Positions 1 through 9,092 of a DNA stretch of 56,886 bases are shown one piece after another. The notes under the pieces were generated by a model. It had not been told where the DNA came from, ran no database searches, and worked only from the letters and a program-made list of their open reading frames with translations. The position numbers and the translations under genes were made by a program. Source of the stretch: Chloroflexota bacterium (lineage in GTDB: Bacteria > Chloroflexota > Chloroflexia > QHBQ01); assembly GCA_043754535.1 (NCBI GenBank), contig JAYUUN010000020.1:1-56886 (forward strand). Direction: 5' to 3'. How positions within the stretch are numbered: position 1 is the stretch's first letter; every line of letters begins with the position of its first letter.

Positions 1-999
1 TGGCACGATCTGGCTGATCGTCTTCAGCCCCTTGTCGGCGTAGGCTCCTTGCTGGAAGTGGGTAGCCCAGTCGCGTAGGCCCAACGCCCATGCGTCGTAG
101 ATTCTTAGTTGGCCGCTGGTGTGGTCGCTCAGGTTGCCCCAGTTCTTGCGGTCAGCGGCGTTCAGCGCGTTGCCGTAGTTGCTCTCCAACGCGAAGAAGG
201 CGAGGGCCACTGCCGGGTTGACCCCGTTATCAAGGCAGACCTGGTAGCAATCGCTGGCTTCTTCGAGGGCTGGGCTGTTGGCCTGCTGCAAGGTTTGGAT
301 GAATTGTTCGAGGCTGATCGTAGCCGGGCCATAGACGGCGTAATCGGGGTCGGGGGCTATCACCTTGTCCAGCCCGGCGGCAGTGCGTACTAGGCCGAGG
401 TACTTGTCCCAGGGCCAGCCGCTGCCAGGGTCACGGTGGGCATTGGAGCCACCCAGCTTGCCATCGGCAACTACCTCCATGTGGCCGATGATGTGGTCGC
501 GGTCAATCGGTATGCTGTAGCGGCGGCAGATGTCGGCAGTCAGTTTGGCCGAGGCTTGCAGCATGGTGTCGGTGTACCACAGTTCGGGCTGGGCAAAGAA
601 GCCCTCATGCTCAATGCCAATGCTGCGTTGGTTGTAGCCCCACTCGCCCGCGTGCCAGGCGATTTTGTTCTCGCGCACCATCTGGGCTAGGAAGCCGTCG
701 GAGCTACGGAACATATAGTGTGCGCTAGACTGCTGATTGGGGGGCCGCTCGGAGCAGAGCCAGTCGAGCGAAGGGCCGAAACCGCCTTCAGTGTCGTGGA
801 TCACTACCATGTCTATCTGCGTGTTGCGGGCGTTCTGGTAGGGGCTGAGCCTCCAGACTGCCCCGGCGTAGTCGCTGTCGGGCGCGTCAATGTCCTTGCT
901 GGGGGGGTCTGGCGGGTCGGGCTGGATCGCAATCCCTGCGGCGGGGACGAAACTCTCATCGCCACTGCCTGCATCCTGGTTAGTAGCCTGGTCTTCCAT
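1..999 (-). CDS. N-acetylmuramoyl-L-alanine amidase (Amidase_2/AmpD-like) fused to a glucosaminidase/lysozyme-like domain; runs off the left edge
   Basis: Not in the ORF track because it has no stop inside the window. Manual translation from ATG 999 (RBS GAAAGGGA) gives MEDQATNQ...VVIHDTEG...SAHY...AWHAG...SIGIEHEG...IIGH...HRDPG (Zn-amidase motifs), then VNPAVALAFFALESNYG. Confidence 0.85.
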   Translation of the reverse strand, partial: MEDQATNQDAGSGDESFVPAAGIAIQPDPPDPPSKDIDAPDSDYAGAVWRLSPYQNARNTQIDMVVIHDTEGGFGPSLDWLCSERPPNQQSSAHYMFRSSDGFLAQMVRENKIAWHAGEWGYNQRSIGIEHEGFFAQPELWYTDTMLQASAKLTADICRRYSIPIDRDHIIGHMEVVADGKLGGSNAHRDPGSGWPWDKYLGLVRTAAGLDKVIAPDPDYAVYGPATISLEQFIQTLQQANSPALEEASDCYQVCLDNGVNPAVALAFFALESNYGNALNAADRKNWGNLSDHTSGQLRIYDAWALGLRDWATHFQQGAYADKGLKTISQIVP

Positions 1000-1317
1000 G
1001 TCGATCCCTTTCTACTTGTACGTAGCACAAGGCCAGCCACGTCCTGGCCCACGCAGGCAGCCAGCCGCTGGCTGGTTGTCCAACATCCTCGCATTGATTA
1101 TACTACAAGCAGGGGGCAGAGGATAGAGGCCAGCAGCTTGCCTTCGCGCTGCAAGGTAGCGAGTGTTTGTTGGCGGCCTTCAGCGGTCAACATCGGGCAG
1201 CTCCCTGCACGAAGACATTTGTTTCTGCACGAATATGCGGGTATAATTGGCGGTGGGCGCATCTTAGTATCATTTCGCGCCGCCTGTTAATTCGGCGTAG
1301 ACGCAGAGGGAGCAATA

Positions 1318-2529
1318 ATGACTGAGGCTAGACAGCCGAACCGGGCTGCTTTGAGTGGCATGATCGTGGCAATATTCCTGGCTCTTGGCCTCGGTTTGGC
1401 GAGTATCGGCCCGGCAGTCAACTACCTGATGCCGCGTTGGGGGGTACTACTGGCCGACGGCGGCATTCTCTTTACTGCCCTTGAGCTTGGCTACGCCGGG
1501 GCTGTGCTACTCTCCGGCCTGCTGCTGGGGCGGCTGGGGCTAAGGACGGTTGCTCTGGCCTGTAATATTGCCTTTATCCTGGGTGGGCTGGTGATGGCCT
1601 TCGCTGCCAATCTGGCAGCTGGTTTGCTGGGCAGCGCGCTACTCGGCGTGGGGGTGGGCGGGATCGCAATCAGCCTCAACCTGCTGACCATTGACCTCTA
1701 CCGCGAGCGGAGCAACAGTGCGCTGAACATCTTCAATGCGGTCTTCGGCCTGGGAGCAATTGCCGCCCCGCTGCTGGTCAACGCTGCTCTTGGCTGGTTT
1801 GGCAGCTTGCAGTCGCACTTCCTACTGCTCACCGCCATATCACTGCTAGCTGCGCTCGGCTTCGCCTTCCTGCGCTTCCCTGAGCATCAGGCCGCCAGCG
1901 CAGGCACGCGGGTCAGCCTGATCAGCCTGCTGCGCGAACCTTATGTGCTGCTAGTTAGCCTGCTTTTCTTCCTGGCTATCGGTCTGGAGGCGGGCTATTC
2001 GGGCTGGAGCTACGTCTTCGCCAGCAAGGGAGCGCAACTTGACCCGACGGCTACTGCCTTGTTGGTGACGACCTTCTGGCTGGCCTTCACTCTCGGTCGC
2101 TCGGCGGCTGGGCTAGTGGCCCACTGGCTCTCCGCTGGGGGTGTGTTGCTCTGCTCTGCGCTGCTGGGTGGCGTAGGCGCGTTCCTGGTAGCAACGCTTG
2201 GCAGCCAGCCGCTCGCCCTGTTCGTTGGCACAGCTTTGGTCGGCTTTGGGGTTGGGCCGCTGTTCCCCACCGCCTTCGGCCTGGCAACTGCCTACCGACC
2301 AGCAGTGGCGGCTAGCCTCTCGGCAGTAGGAATGATCGGTGGGTCGCTAGGCGGGGCTATACTACCCTACCTGCAAGGCCAGTTGTTGAGCGTGAGTTTG
2401 CCGCTGGGGGCAGCCTTCACTGGCGTGGGCATGATCATGGTTCTCGGCCTGCGCTACGCCTTGCACCAGCCTGTCAACCGCCGCCCTGCCAACCAGCCCC
2501 TGCCAACCGTCGGTCCAGAGGTGGGTTGA
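1318..2529 (+). CDS. MFS transporter (FucP/TsgA-like)
   Basis: 403 aa with ~12 hydrophobic helices, MFS-like GRLGLR loop, FGLGAIAAP and GVGPLFP motifs; RBS GAGGGAG; TATAAT at 1242. Confidence 0.85.
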   Translation: MTEARQPNRAALSGMIVAIFLALGLGLASIGPAVNYLMPRWGVLLADGGILFTALELGYAGAVLLSGLLLGRLGLRTVALACNIAFILGGLVMAFAANLAAGLLGSALLGVGVGGIAISLNLLTIDLYRERSNSALNIFNAVFGLGAIAAPLLVNAALGWFGSLQSHFLLLTAISLLAALGFAFLRFPEHQAASAGTRVSLISLLREPYVLLVSLLFFLAIGLEAGYSGWSYVFASKGAQLDPTATALLVTTFWLAFTLGRSAAGLVAHWLSAGGVLLCSALLGGVGAFLVATLGSQPLALFVGTALVGFGVGPLFPTAFGLATAYRPAVAASLSAVGMIGGSLGGAILPYLQGQLLSVSLPLGAAFTGVGMIMVLGLRYALHQPVNRRPANQPLPTVGPEVG

Positions 2530-2563
2530 GGGTTGCCTTTGCAGGCGGCTGGCTCCGCCTTCG

Positions 2564-3268
2564 CTACGAACCGGTAATTTCGTCTGGCACCCTGATCCAG
2601 CCGTGCTTGAAGGCGTAGACCACGGCCTGGGTGCGGTCGTTGACCTGTAGCTTCTTGAGGATCGAGGTGATGTGGTTCTTCACCGTCTGGTCGCTGATGT
2701 TTAGGTCGCGGGCGATCTGCTTGTTGCTCTTGCCACGAGCGATGCAGTCCAGGATTTCTACCTCGCGGCTAGTCAGTGGGGCGAAGAACGCGCCACTCTC
2801 CTCCTCCACCATCGCCAGTTCACGAAACTGGTTGAGGACACGGGTGGCAACGAAAGGCTTGGACAGCACGTTCTCGTTGATCAGGTAGTGGCCGCCCGCG
2901 ACCAGGCGCACGATCTGGATCAACTGCTCTGGCGTAATGTCCTTCGACGAGTAGTGGGCTGCTCCCACCTTAATCGAGTTGAACAATTGCTCGTCGTCCT
3001 CGTAGACGGTGAGGATGATCACTGCCGTCTGCGGCTGGCGACGCTTGACCACGCGGGTCACTTCCAGCCCGTTCAACCCTGGTAGGTTGATATCTACCAG
3101 CATGATATCGGGGCTGAGGGTCTCGGCAAGGGCAATAGCCCGCTGCCCATCTGCTGCTTCACCGACAATCTCAATGTCGCGGGTCGCTTCCAGGATCGCT
3201 CGGATGCCCTGCCGGAAGATTGGGTGGTCATCCACGATCAGGATACGGGTACGCAATTCGTTAGCCAT
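2564..3268 (-). CDS. NarL/DegU-family response regulator (REC + LuxR HTH)
   Basis: ILIVDDHPIFRQG, LVDINLP and LTSREVEIL...NKQIARDLNISDQTVKNHI motifs. Start moved to ATG 3268 behind AGGAGAG. Confidence 0.93.
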   Translation of the reverse strand: MANELRTRILIVDDHPIFRQGIRAILEATRDIEIVGEAADGQRAIALAETLSPDIMLVDINLPGLNGLEVTRVVKRRQPQTAVIILTVYEDDEQLFNSIKVGAAHYSSKDITPEQLIQIVRLVAGGHYLINENVLSKPFVATRVLNQFRELAMVEEESGAFFAPLTSREVEILDCIARGKSNKQIARDLNISDQTVKNHITSILKKLQVNDRTQAVVYAFKHGWIRVPDEITGS

Positions 3269-3358
3269 CTGCTCTCTCCTATACTCTGCGCTGCTCTGCT
3301 TTTGCCGCCGCTCTGCCCCTGCCCTGCTCTCCAACGGCTAGGGGTGTCGCCCTGCCTG

Positions 3359-4408
3359 TTACGCCACGCTCTCCACTGGGAGGAGCAGGCGTAGCTCGGT
3401 GCCATGCCCTGGTTTGCTGTTGATCGTCAGGCGCGCCCCGATCAGTTCGGCTCGCTCCTTCATGCTGACCAGCCCCGCGCTGCTCGTTCCCAATCGGTCG
3501 CTGCTGGCGAAACCTACGCCATCATCGCGTACGGTCAGCAGCAAGCCTTCTGGTTCGCGGGCCAAATCGATCAGCACGCTGTGGGCCTGCGCGTGCTTGT
3601 TGATGTTTCGCAGAGCCTCTTGCAGGATGCGGAATACGGCTAGCTCCTCCTCTGGGGGCAGCTTGCCAGGGTCGATCAGGTTGACGGTAACATCCAGGCC
3701 GTTCTGTTCGCGAAAGTCGGTGATGAAGCTGTGCAAGGTGGCGATCAGGCCCGCCTCGGTCAGGCTGGCGGGCCGCAGGTTGAAGATGAAGCGGCGGGTC
3801 TCGCGCATACTCTCCCGCGTGATCGCCTTGAGCCGCATCAGTTCGGCGGGGATCGCCTCTGGTCTGGTCTGCAACATCTGCTCCACAAAGTCCAGGCCCA
3901 TGATCATCGCGCTCATCACCTGGGCGGGGCCGTCATGAACCTCGCGGGCCAGGCGCGCCCGCTCCCCCTCCTGCCCCTGCATCAGGCGCATGCGCAGGGC
4001 CGCTTCCAGGGGGTCTTCGGGCTGCGCGGCGTGTTCGCTCTGCAACAGATAGGCACCGCTAGCCTCGATCTGGCGGATCATCAGGTCTAGCCGCCCGCAT
4101 AGGCGGTCCAGCCTGCCGCGACTGGCCTGCAAACTGCCGCTGCGCTTGCGTAGCTCACCCTCGCGCCTGCTGAGGCTCTGTAGTTGGCGGCTGGTCTGCT
4201 CCTGCCCGCTGTTAATGCTAGCAAACTGCCGCTGGTAGCCGAGTTCTTCCAGCAGGCGGTCAAGCTGGCGTTGCTCGATGTTTGCTTTCTCCAACCGCGC
4301 CCTCGCTACACTGTTGATCTGGCGCAAGGCCGCTAGCTGTTGGTCAACGGCACCAACCGCCAACCCCAGCACTGCCTCCACCTCTTTTTCGTTCAGTCCA
4401 TCTGCCAT
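3359..4408 (-). CDS. DegS-like cytoplasmic sensor histidine kinase (HisKA_3 + HATPase)
   Basis: N-terminal coiled coil with no TM helix; ERARLAREVHDGPAQ H-box, QEALRNINKHA N-box, DDGVGF and GLVSMKERA. Confidence 0.9.
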   Translation of the reverse strand: MADGLNEKEVEAVLGLAVGAVDQQLAALRQINSVARARLEKANIEQRQLDRLLEELGYQRQFASINSGQEQTSRQLQSLSRREGELRKRSGSLQASRGRLDRLCGRLDLMIRQIEASGAYLLQSEHAAQPEDPLEAALRMRLMQGQEGERARLAREVHDGPAQVMSAMIMGLDFVEQMLQTRPEAIPAELMRLKAITRESMRETRRFIFNLRPASLTEAGLIATLHSFITDFREQNGLDVTVNLIDPGKLPPEEELAVFRILQEALRNINKHAQAHSVLIDLAREPEGLLLTVRDDGVGFASSDRLGTSSAGLVSMKERAELIGARLTINSKPGHGTELRLLLPVESVA

Positions 4409-6351
4409 AAGCCCTGCTGTCCAGACGCAGCCGGTAGCTGCACTGTCACCTTCGCACCTGCACCGGGAGCCGACTCGATGGTGAGGTCGCCGCCCAAAGC
4501 CTGGGTGCGTTCGCGCATATTGAGCAGGCCGAAACTGCCGCGCTTCTCGTAATTGCCGACGACTGCCGCCACATCGAAGCCTGCGCCATCATCCTGGATG
4601 GTAGTGATTGTCCAGCCCCCAACTACCCCCAGTGTTACTTGCACGTTCCGCGCCTTTGCGTGCTTCTTGGCGTTGCCCACTGCCTCCTGCACAATGTCGA
4701 AGATGGTGGCCTCCACCTTCTCGTTCTGGCGGCCAGGATAGCGGCTACTGTCCAGCAGCATTGTCATGCCGTCAGCGGGCAGAAAGCGTTGTTGATACTG
4801 CTCCAGGGCGGCCACCAAACCCTTCGTCTCCAACACCAGCGGGCGCAGCTCGAACAGGGTGGTTCGCACGTCATGGTTAGCCTTGCGGGAGAGGCGGATC
4901 AGGTTGTCGAACTCGGCGAAGACGCGAGCCGGGTCGGGGCGGCTCTCCAACATCTTCTTAACTATCTCCAGGTTCATGGTGATCGCCGCCAGCGTTTGGG
5001 CTGGGCCGTCGTGCAGGTCACGGGCCAGCGACTTGCGTACCTCCTCTTGGATGCTGATCACCCGGTCGCGCTCACCACGCACCTCGGCTTCGGTGCGCAT
5101 CACCTTGTCACGTTCGGCCCGCACCTCAGCCTCAGTGCGCATCACCTTGTCACGTTCAGCACGAGCCTCGGCCTCAGCCCGCATCACCTTGTCACGTTCG
5201 GCACGAGCCTCGGCCTCAGCCCGCATCACCTTGTCACGCTCCTCGCGCAGCGCATCGTAGAGTTGCGCGTTCTTGAGGGCGACCGTAGCATTGTTCGCCA
5301 GAGCTTCCAGCAACACCAACTGCTCCTGGTCGTAGAGGTTGCTCTCAGGGCTGGCGATCAGCAGCACGCCGTAGATCTCGAATGCAGCCCGCAGGGGAAC
5401 GATCAGCGCGCTCTTGCACTTACCTACCCGCGCCCAGGTGCCAGTCAACTCGGCATCCTGTTCGCGCAGGTGACCGCGGACGATCACCGATTGGCCTGTC
5501 CGCATCACCCGCGCCACTGCCCCTTGCTGGCCGCTGAGGGTGCGCTTCAGTTCGTTCTGCTCCAACCCAGCGGAGGCGGCCACGTAAAGGTTGGCAGTGC
5601 TATCGTTGAGCAAGGCCATGCCGACGCTGTAGGGCAGCACTTTGGCAAACTCGCTAAAGAGCGAACTTAGCACCGCGTCTGGGTTGAGGCTGCTGCTAAG
5701 CGTGTTGGAGACCTTATAGGCGGCCAGTAGGCTCTGGCGCAAGGTTTGCACGCCCACAGCATCACTCTGGTGGGCGAAGCGTGACAGGCGGCTGAACCTG
5801 CCACTGAGGGTGACACCATAGGTGACGGTGAGCAGCAGCGCAAAGAAGATGCTGCCGCCAAAGGGGATCAGCGGCACGGCTGACATCCCCTGCGCGAGAT
5901 CAAGGAGCATCACCCAATTGGCGGCGCAGTAGAGCAAGGCAGCCAACGCCCCCAGCCAGAGGCCGCCGCTGATGCCGACTGCCAGCACCGGTAGGCTGCC
6001 GAAGGGAAAGAGCAAGCCATGGCTGGCTAGCGCGAGGGCGGCGGTCAGGCCAAAGTCGAGCAGCAGGCCAACCGAGGTGTAGAGGCGAAGTGGGCGCAGG
6101 CGATAGAGGATAAACCAGAGGATCGCTAGCCCCGCGTAGCCGAGCAGCAGCAGACCAATCGTTCCCGTCCAGCCGTAGAGCGGGCTGCTGGGCTGGGCGC
6201 GCTGGGCCAGGAAAAAGATAGCTAGCATCCCCACTGCACTGAATAGACGCAAGAAGGCCAGGATACGACCCAACTGCACAAGGGGTGAGTCGTCAGCCAC
6301 CCGGTTGGTCGCGCCTGCCAAACTCTCCCGTGGTGGGGTATGAGCTGCCAT
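4393..6351 (-). CDS. Membrane-bound GAF-domain sensor histidine kinase (HisKA_3)
   Basis: N-terminal TM helices, GAF domain (SALIVPL...YGVL), LARDLHDGPAQ H-box, QEAVGNAKKHA, DDGAGF; overlaps the downstream kinase by 16 bp. Confidence 0.9.
   Translation of the reverse strand: MAAHTPPRESLAGATNRVADDSPLVQLGRILAFLRLFSAVGMLAIFFLAQRAQPSSPLYGWTGTIGLLLLGYAGLAILWFILYRLRPLRLYTSVGLLLDFGLTAALALASHGLLFPFGSLPVLAVGISGGLWLGALAALLYCAANWVMLLDLAQGMSAVPLIPFGGSIFFALLLTVTYGVTLSGRFSRLSRFAHQSDAVGVQTLRQSLLAAYKVSNTLSSSLNPDAVLSSLFSEFAKVLPYSVGMALLNDSTANLYVAASAGLEQNELKRTLSGQQGAVARVMRTGQSVIVRGHLREQDAELTGTWARVGKCKSALIVPLRAAFEIYGVLLIASPESNLYDQEQLVLLEALANNATVALKNAQLYDALREERDKVMRAEAEARAERDKVMRAEAEARAERDKVMRTEAEVRAERDKVMRTEAEVRGERDRVISIQEEVRKSLARDLHDGPAQTLAAITMNLEIVKKMLESRPDPARVFAEFDNLIRLSRKANHDVRTTLFELRPLVLETKGLVAALEQYQQRFLPADGMTMLLDSSRYPGRQNEKVEATIFDIVQEAVGNAKKHAKARNVQVTLGVVGGWTITTIQDDGAGFDVAAVVGNYEKRGSFGLLNMRERTQALGGDLTIESAPGAGAKVTVQLPAASGQQGLWQMD
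5032..5241 (-). repeat. In-frame 42-bp (14-aa) tandem repeat: 4 conserved copies plus 1 degenerate
   Basis: GCATCACCTTGTCACG recurs at 5097, 5139, 5181 and 5223. Protein units are ERDKVMRAEAEARA x2, ERDKVMRTEAEVRA, ERDKVMRTEAEVRG and ERDRVISIQEEVRK. Confidence 0.95.
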
Positions 6352-6628
6352 CTGCTTCTTCGCTCCCTGTCGTTCTGACCTGATAGTACCATACGGCTCG
6401 GGGCTGTGCTAACCAGCACAGGCGGGCCACTGCCACTTTATATAGCCATATTGTACTATACGCCCTTCGATTTGGCAAGTGGCTACATTCTACAACCTAC
6501 TAGCTACTCTTGCCCGCGAGTGCTGCTTGTAGAAGTAAGATGGTACTTTTGTCTGGGCTGAACATGACCTTTGTCTGATCTCTGATGAGCAACTGGGCTA
6601 ACCCAAACCGGGCGAACAAGCATTCGAT

Positions 6629-6682
6629 TTTACAAATATTTAACCTTGCGGTAATATAGGGGTAACCCGCTGGGGTGATACT
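6629..6682 (+). promoter_or_regulatory. Putative OmpR-type operator: four 11-bp-phased direct repeats upstream of the response regulator
   Basis: TTTAC 6629, TTAAC 6640, GTAAT 6651, GTAAC 6662; -10-like GATACT at 6677. Confidence 0.5.
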
Positions 6683-6701
6683 TGGTGGTAGGAGGCAGGC
6701 T

Positions 6702-7412
6702 ATGGCTAGCGAGACGATCCTGGTAGTGGATGATGAGCGCAATATCGTGGAGTTGGTGAAGCTCTACCTGCTCAAAGAGGGCTATGCAGTGGAGACTGCC
6801 CTCAGTGGCAATGAGGCTCTACGCAAGGCACGCAGCCTCAAGCCCGCCCTGCTCGTCCTCGACATTAACCTACCGGAGGTAGATGGCTACGAAGTGTGCC
6901 GTATCCTGCGCCGCGAGAGCAACCTGCCGATCATCATGCTCACCGCTCGCAGCGACGATGTGGACAAGATCGTGGGCCTCGAACTGGGCGCGGATGACTA
7001 CCTGGCGAAGCCCTTCAACCCCCGCGAACTGGTCGCCCGTATCAAGGCCGTATTGCGCCGCACCACGTTCACCGCGACTGCTAACGGGCGGCAGGCGACC
7101 CCACTGATCAGCCTGGGTAACACCAGTATTGACGACGACCGCCACGAGGTCAGGATCGCTGGACGGCTAGTCGAACTCCGCAGCAAGGAGTACGACCTGC
7201 TCAAGACTTTCGCCCAGCACCTTGGTCTGGTGCTGGAACGCGACCGCCTGCTCAGTCTGGTTTGGGGCTACGAATACTTCGGTGACACCCGCACCGTGGA
7301 TGTGCATATTGCTCACCTGCGCGACCGCATTGAGGGCAGCGACCTGGTGTTGCAGACGGTGCGCGGTAGCGGCTACAAACTGGTACTGGGAGGAGCAGAA
7401 GATGCTCGCTAG
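6702..7412 (+). CDS. OmpR/PhoB-family response regulator
   Basis: ILVVDDE, LDINLP, LTARSDDVDKIVGLELGADDYLAKPF and winged-helix RTVDVHIAHLR...TVRGSGY; ATG 6702 after GGAGG. Confidence 0.95.
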   Translation: MASETILVVDDERNIVELVKLYLLKEGYAVETALSGNEALRKARSLKPALLVLDINLPEVDGYEVCRILRRESNLPIIMLTARSDDVDKIVGLELGADDYLAKPFNPRELVARIKAVLRRTTFTATANGRQATPLISLGNTSIDDDRHEVRIAGRLVELRSKEYDLLKTFAQHLGLVLERDRLLSLVWGYEYFGDTRTVDVHIAHLRDRIEGSDLVLQTVRGSGYKLVLGGAEDAR

Positions 7413-8982
7413 CTTGCGCTCCAAACTGTTCGCCAGCTATGTGCTGATCGCGGTCTTCTCTGTGCTGGTCGTCTCGCTCGCCAGCGGGGTGATCGTGCGT
7501 GGCTATCAACACGACTCCCAGGTGCGTAGTCTACAAGCCTACGCGGTGCTGGTGCGCGGGCAGGTGCAGAGCAACTTCAACACCCTGAAGAAGGACGGCG
7601 ACCTGCTTACCCTCTATCTCAGCGGTGGGTCAGGCGCAGTACGCGACAAGATACTTAGCGACCTGGTAGACGATGCGGACAAGATCAACGTGCGCCTACT
7701 GGTCGTCGCTCAAGGGCAGGTGCTGAAGGACACCCAGGGCGCACTGGACGGCTCTGCCTTCACTCTCGCTGCCCGTGCCAAGATCAACCAGGATCGGCTG
7801 AACAAGACCAACTTCTACGCTGATTACCAGCCCAGCGACACAAACACCCCCTATCTCTACGTCAGCACCGACATTGCGCCCGTACAGGTGGGGCCAACGG
7901 CGCGCCAGCGCACGGCCTACTTCGGCACATTGGTAGTAATGCAGGCCGCCCTCAACCCCTGGAGTGGGCTGTTCGGCCCGATGCTGCTGGCTTCGGCCAT
8001 TGCATTGCTGCTATCGATCCTCGGTGCCTTCCTGCTGGGTCGCACGATCAGCAAGCCCGTGCTGCAACTCAAGGAAGCGACAACGCAGATTGGGCGCGGC
8101 AACTACCAGCATCAGATTGTGGTGCGTGGCAGTGACGAACTCGCGGCCCTCGGCCACAGCTTCAACCAGATGGCTGCGGCGGTGCAACAGGGTCAGCAAA
8201 GCCAGCACGACTTTCTCGCCAATATCTCGCATGACCTCAAGACTCCGCTTACCTCAATCCAGGGCTTCTCGCAGGCGATCATGGATGGCACCCTGCCCGA
8301 CCCACGCAGCCAGCAAGGGGCAGCCCGCGTGATCAACGACGAGGCTCAACGCATGAGCCGCCTGGTCAACACCCTGTTGGAGATTTCGCACCTGCAAATA
8401 GGCCAGTTGGAGCTACGTAAGCAGCAGCTAGACCTTGCTGCCCTACTCACCGCCAGCGTGGAGGGGCTGGAGCCACAGGCCAACGCAAAGGATGTCAGCC
8501 TCGGCAGCAGCAACCTGCGTGCTATCCCGCCGATCATCGGTGACAGCGACCGCCTGCGCCAAGTGTTCACCAACCTGGTTGACAATGCGATCCGCCATAC
8601 CCCTGCTGGCGGCTGGGTCGAGGTAGAAGCGGAGAGCGCGGGACTAGCGGGCAAGCCTGCCGTCCTGGTCAAGGTTAGCGACAGCGGTGAAGGTATACCA
8701 GCGCAAGACCTGCCCCGTATCTTTGAGCGGTTCTACCAGGTTGAGAAGTCTCGGGCGCGCGGCGAAAACGGGGGCGGGCGTGGCCTCGGTCTCGGCCTCT
8801 CCATCGTCAAGGAGGTGATCGTCGCGCACGGCGGCCAGATCGCAGTGAGCAGCGAGGTTGGTGGTGGCACTACCTTCACCGTCACCCTGCCTGCTGTCGT
8901 GTTGCCCGCTCTCCCTGCGCCGCTTGCTATCGAGGGCCAGCGGCTAGCAGGCCGGGCGGTAAAGGGCAGCAAGCGCGCCTGA
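7402..8982 (+). CDS. HAMP-domain sensor histidine kinase (HisKA + HATPase, 2 TM)
   Basis: Two TM helices around an extracellular domain, HAMP (DELAALGHSFNQM), ANISHDLKTPL H-box, NLVDNAIRH, DSGEGI, GLGLSI. ATG 7402 overlaps the end of the regulator. Confidence 0.93.
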   Translation: MLASLRSKLFASYVLIAVFSVLVVSLASGVIVRGYQHDSQVRSLQAYAVLVRGQVQSNFNTLKKDGDLLTLYLSGGSGAVRDKILSDLVDDADKINVRLLVVAQGQVLKDTQGALDGSAFTLAARAKINQDRLNKTNFYADYQPSDTNTPYLYVSTDIAPVQVGPTARQRTAYFGTLVVMQAALNPWSGLFGPMLLASAIALLLSILGAFLLGRTISKPVLQLKEATTQIGRGNYQHQIVVRGSDELAALGHSFNQMAAAVQQGQQSQHDFLANISHDLKTPLTSIQGFSQAIMDGTLPDPRSQQGAARVINDEAQRMSRLVNTLLEISHLQIGQLELRKQQLDLAALLTASVEGLEPQANAKDVSLGSSNLRAIPPIIGDSDRLRQVFTNLVDNAIRHTPAGGWVEVEAESAGLAGKPAVLVKVSDSGEGIPAQDLPRIFERFYQVEKSRARGENGGGRGLGLGLSIVKEVIVAHGGQIAVSSEVGGGTTFTVTLPAVVLPALPAPLAIEGQRLAGRAVKGSKRA

Positions 8983-8990
8983 GCCAGCAA

Positions 8991-9044
8991 TTTACCCAGA
9001 TTTTACGCCCCCTTCATCATTCCCTAACACTCTTGCGCGATAAT
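8991..9044 (+). promoter_or_regulatory. Putative OmpR-type operator and promoter: four 11-bp-phased direct repeats
   Basis: TTTAC 8991, TTTAC 9002, TTCAT 9013, CTAAC 9024; -10-like GATAAT at 9039. Confidence 0.55.
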
Positions 9045-9092
9045 AGCAGGGTAAGCGCGAACCGTAAACCCCACCAGTGCAGGAGCCAAACG

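Noticed and set aside
109..1290. Plus-strand ORFs 109-393, 436-690 and 718-1290
   Set aside because: Antisense shadows of the minus-strand amidase; no motifs.
5032..5241. 42-bp repeats as a CRISPR array
   Set aside because: No spacers, in frame within a kinase, and no cas genes.
4639..5670. 343-aa plus-strand ORF and similar long antisense ORFs (e.g. 39268-40074, 41649-42497, 45979-47076)
   Set aside because: Expected shadows of real genes in high-GC DNA; no recognisable domains.
6482..6493. GCTACATTCTAC shared with ~26258
   Set aside because: The reverse complement contains TAGAAT, best explained as ordinary -10 elements of minus-strand promoters.
6570..6625. CTGATGA...GAA resembling a hammerhead ribozyme core
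   Set aside because: GAAA reads GAAC, and no convincing stem I or III can be formed.
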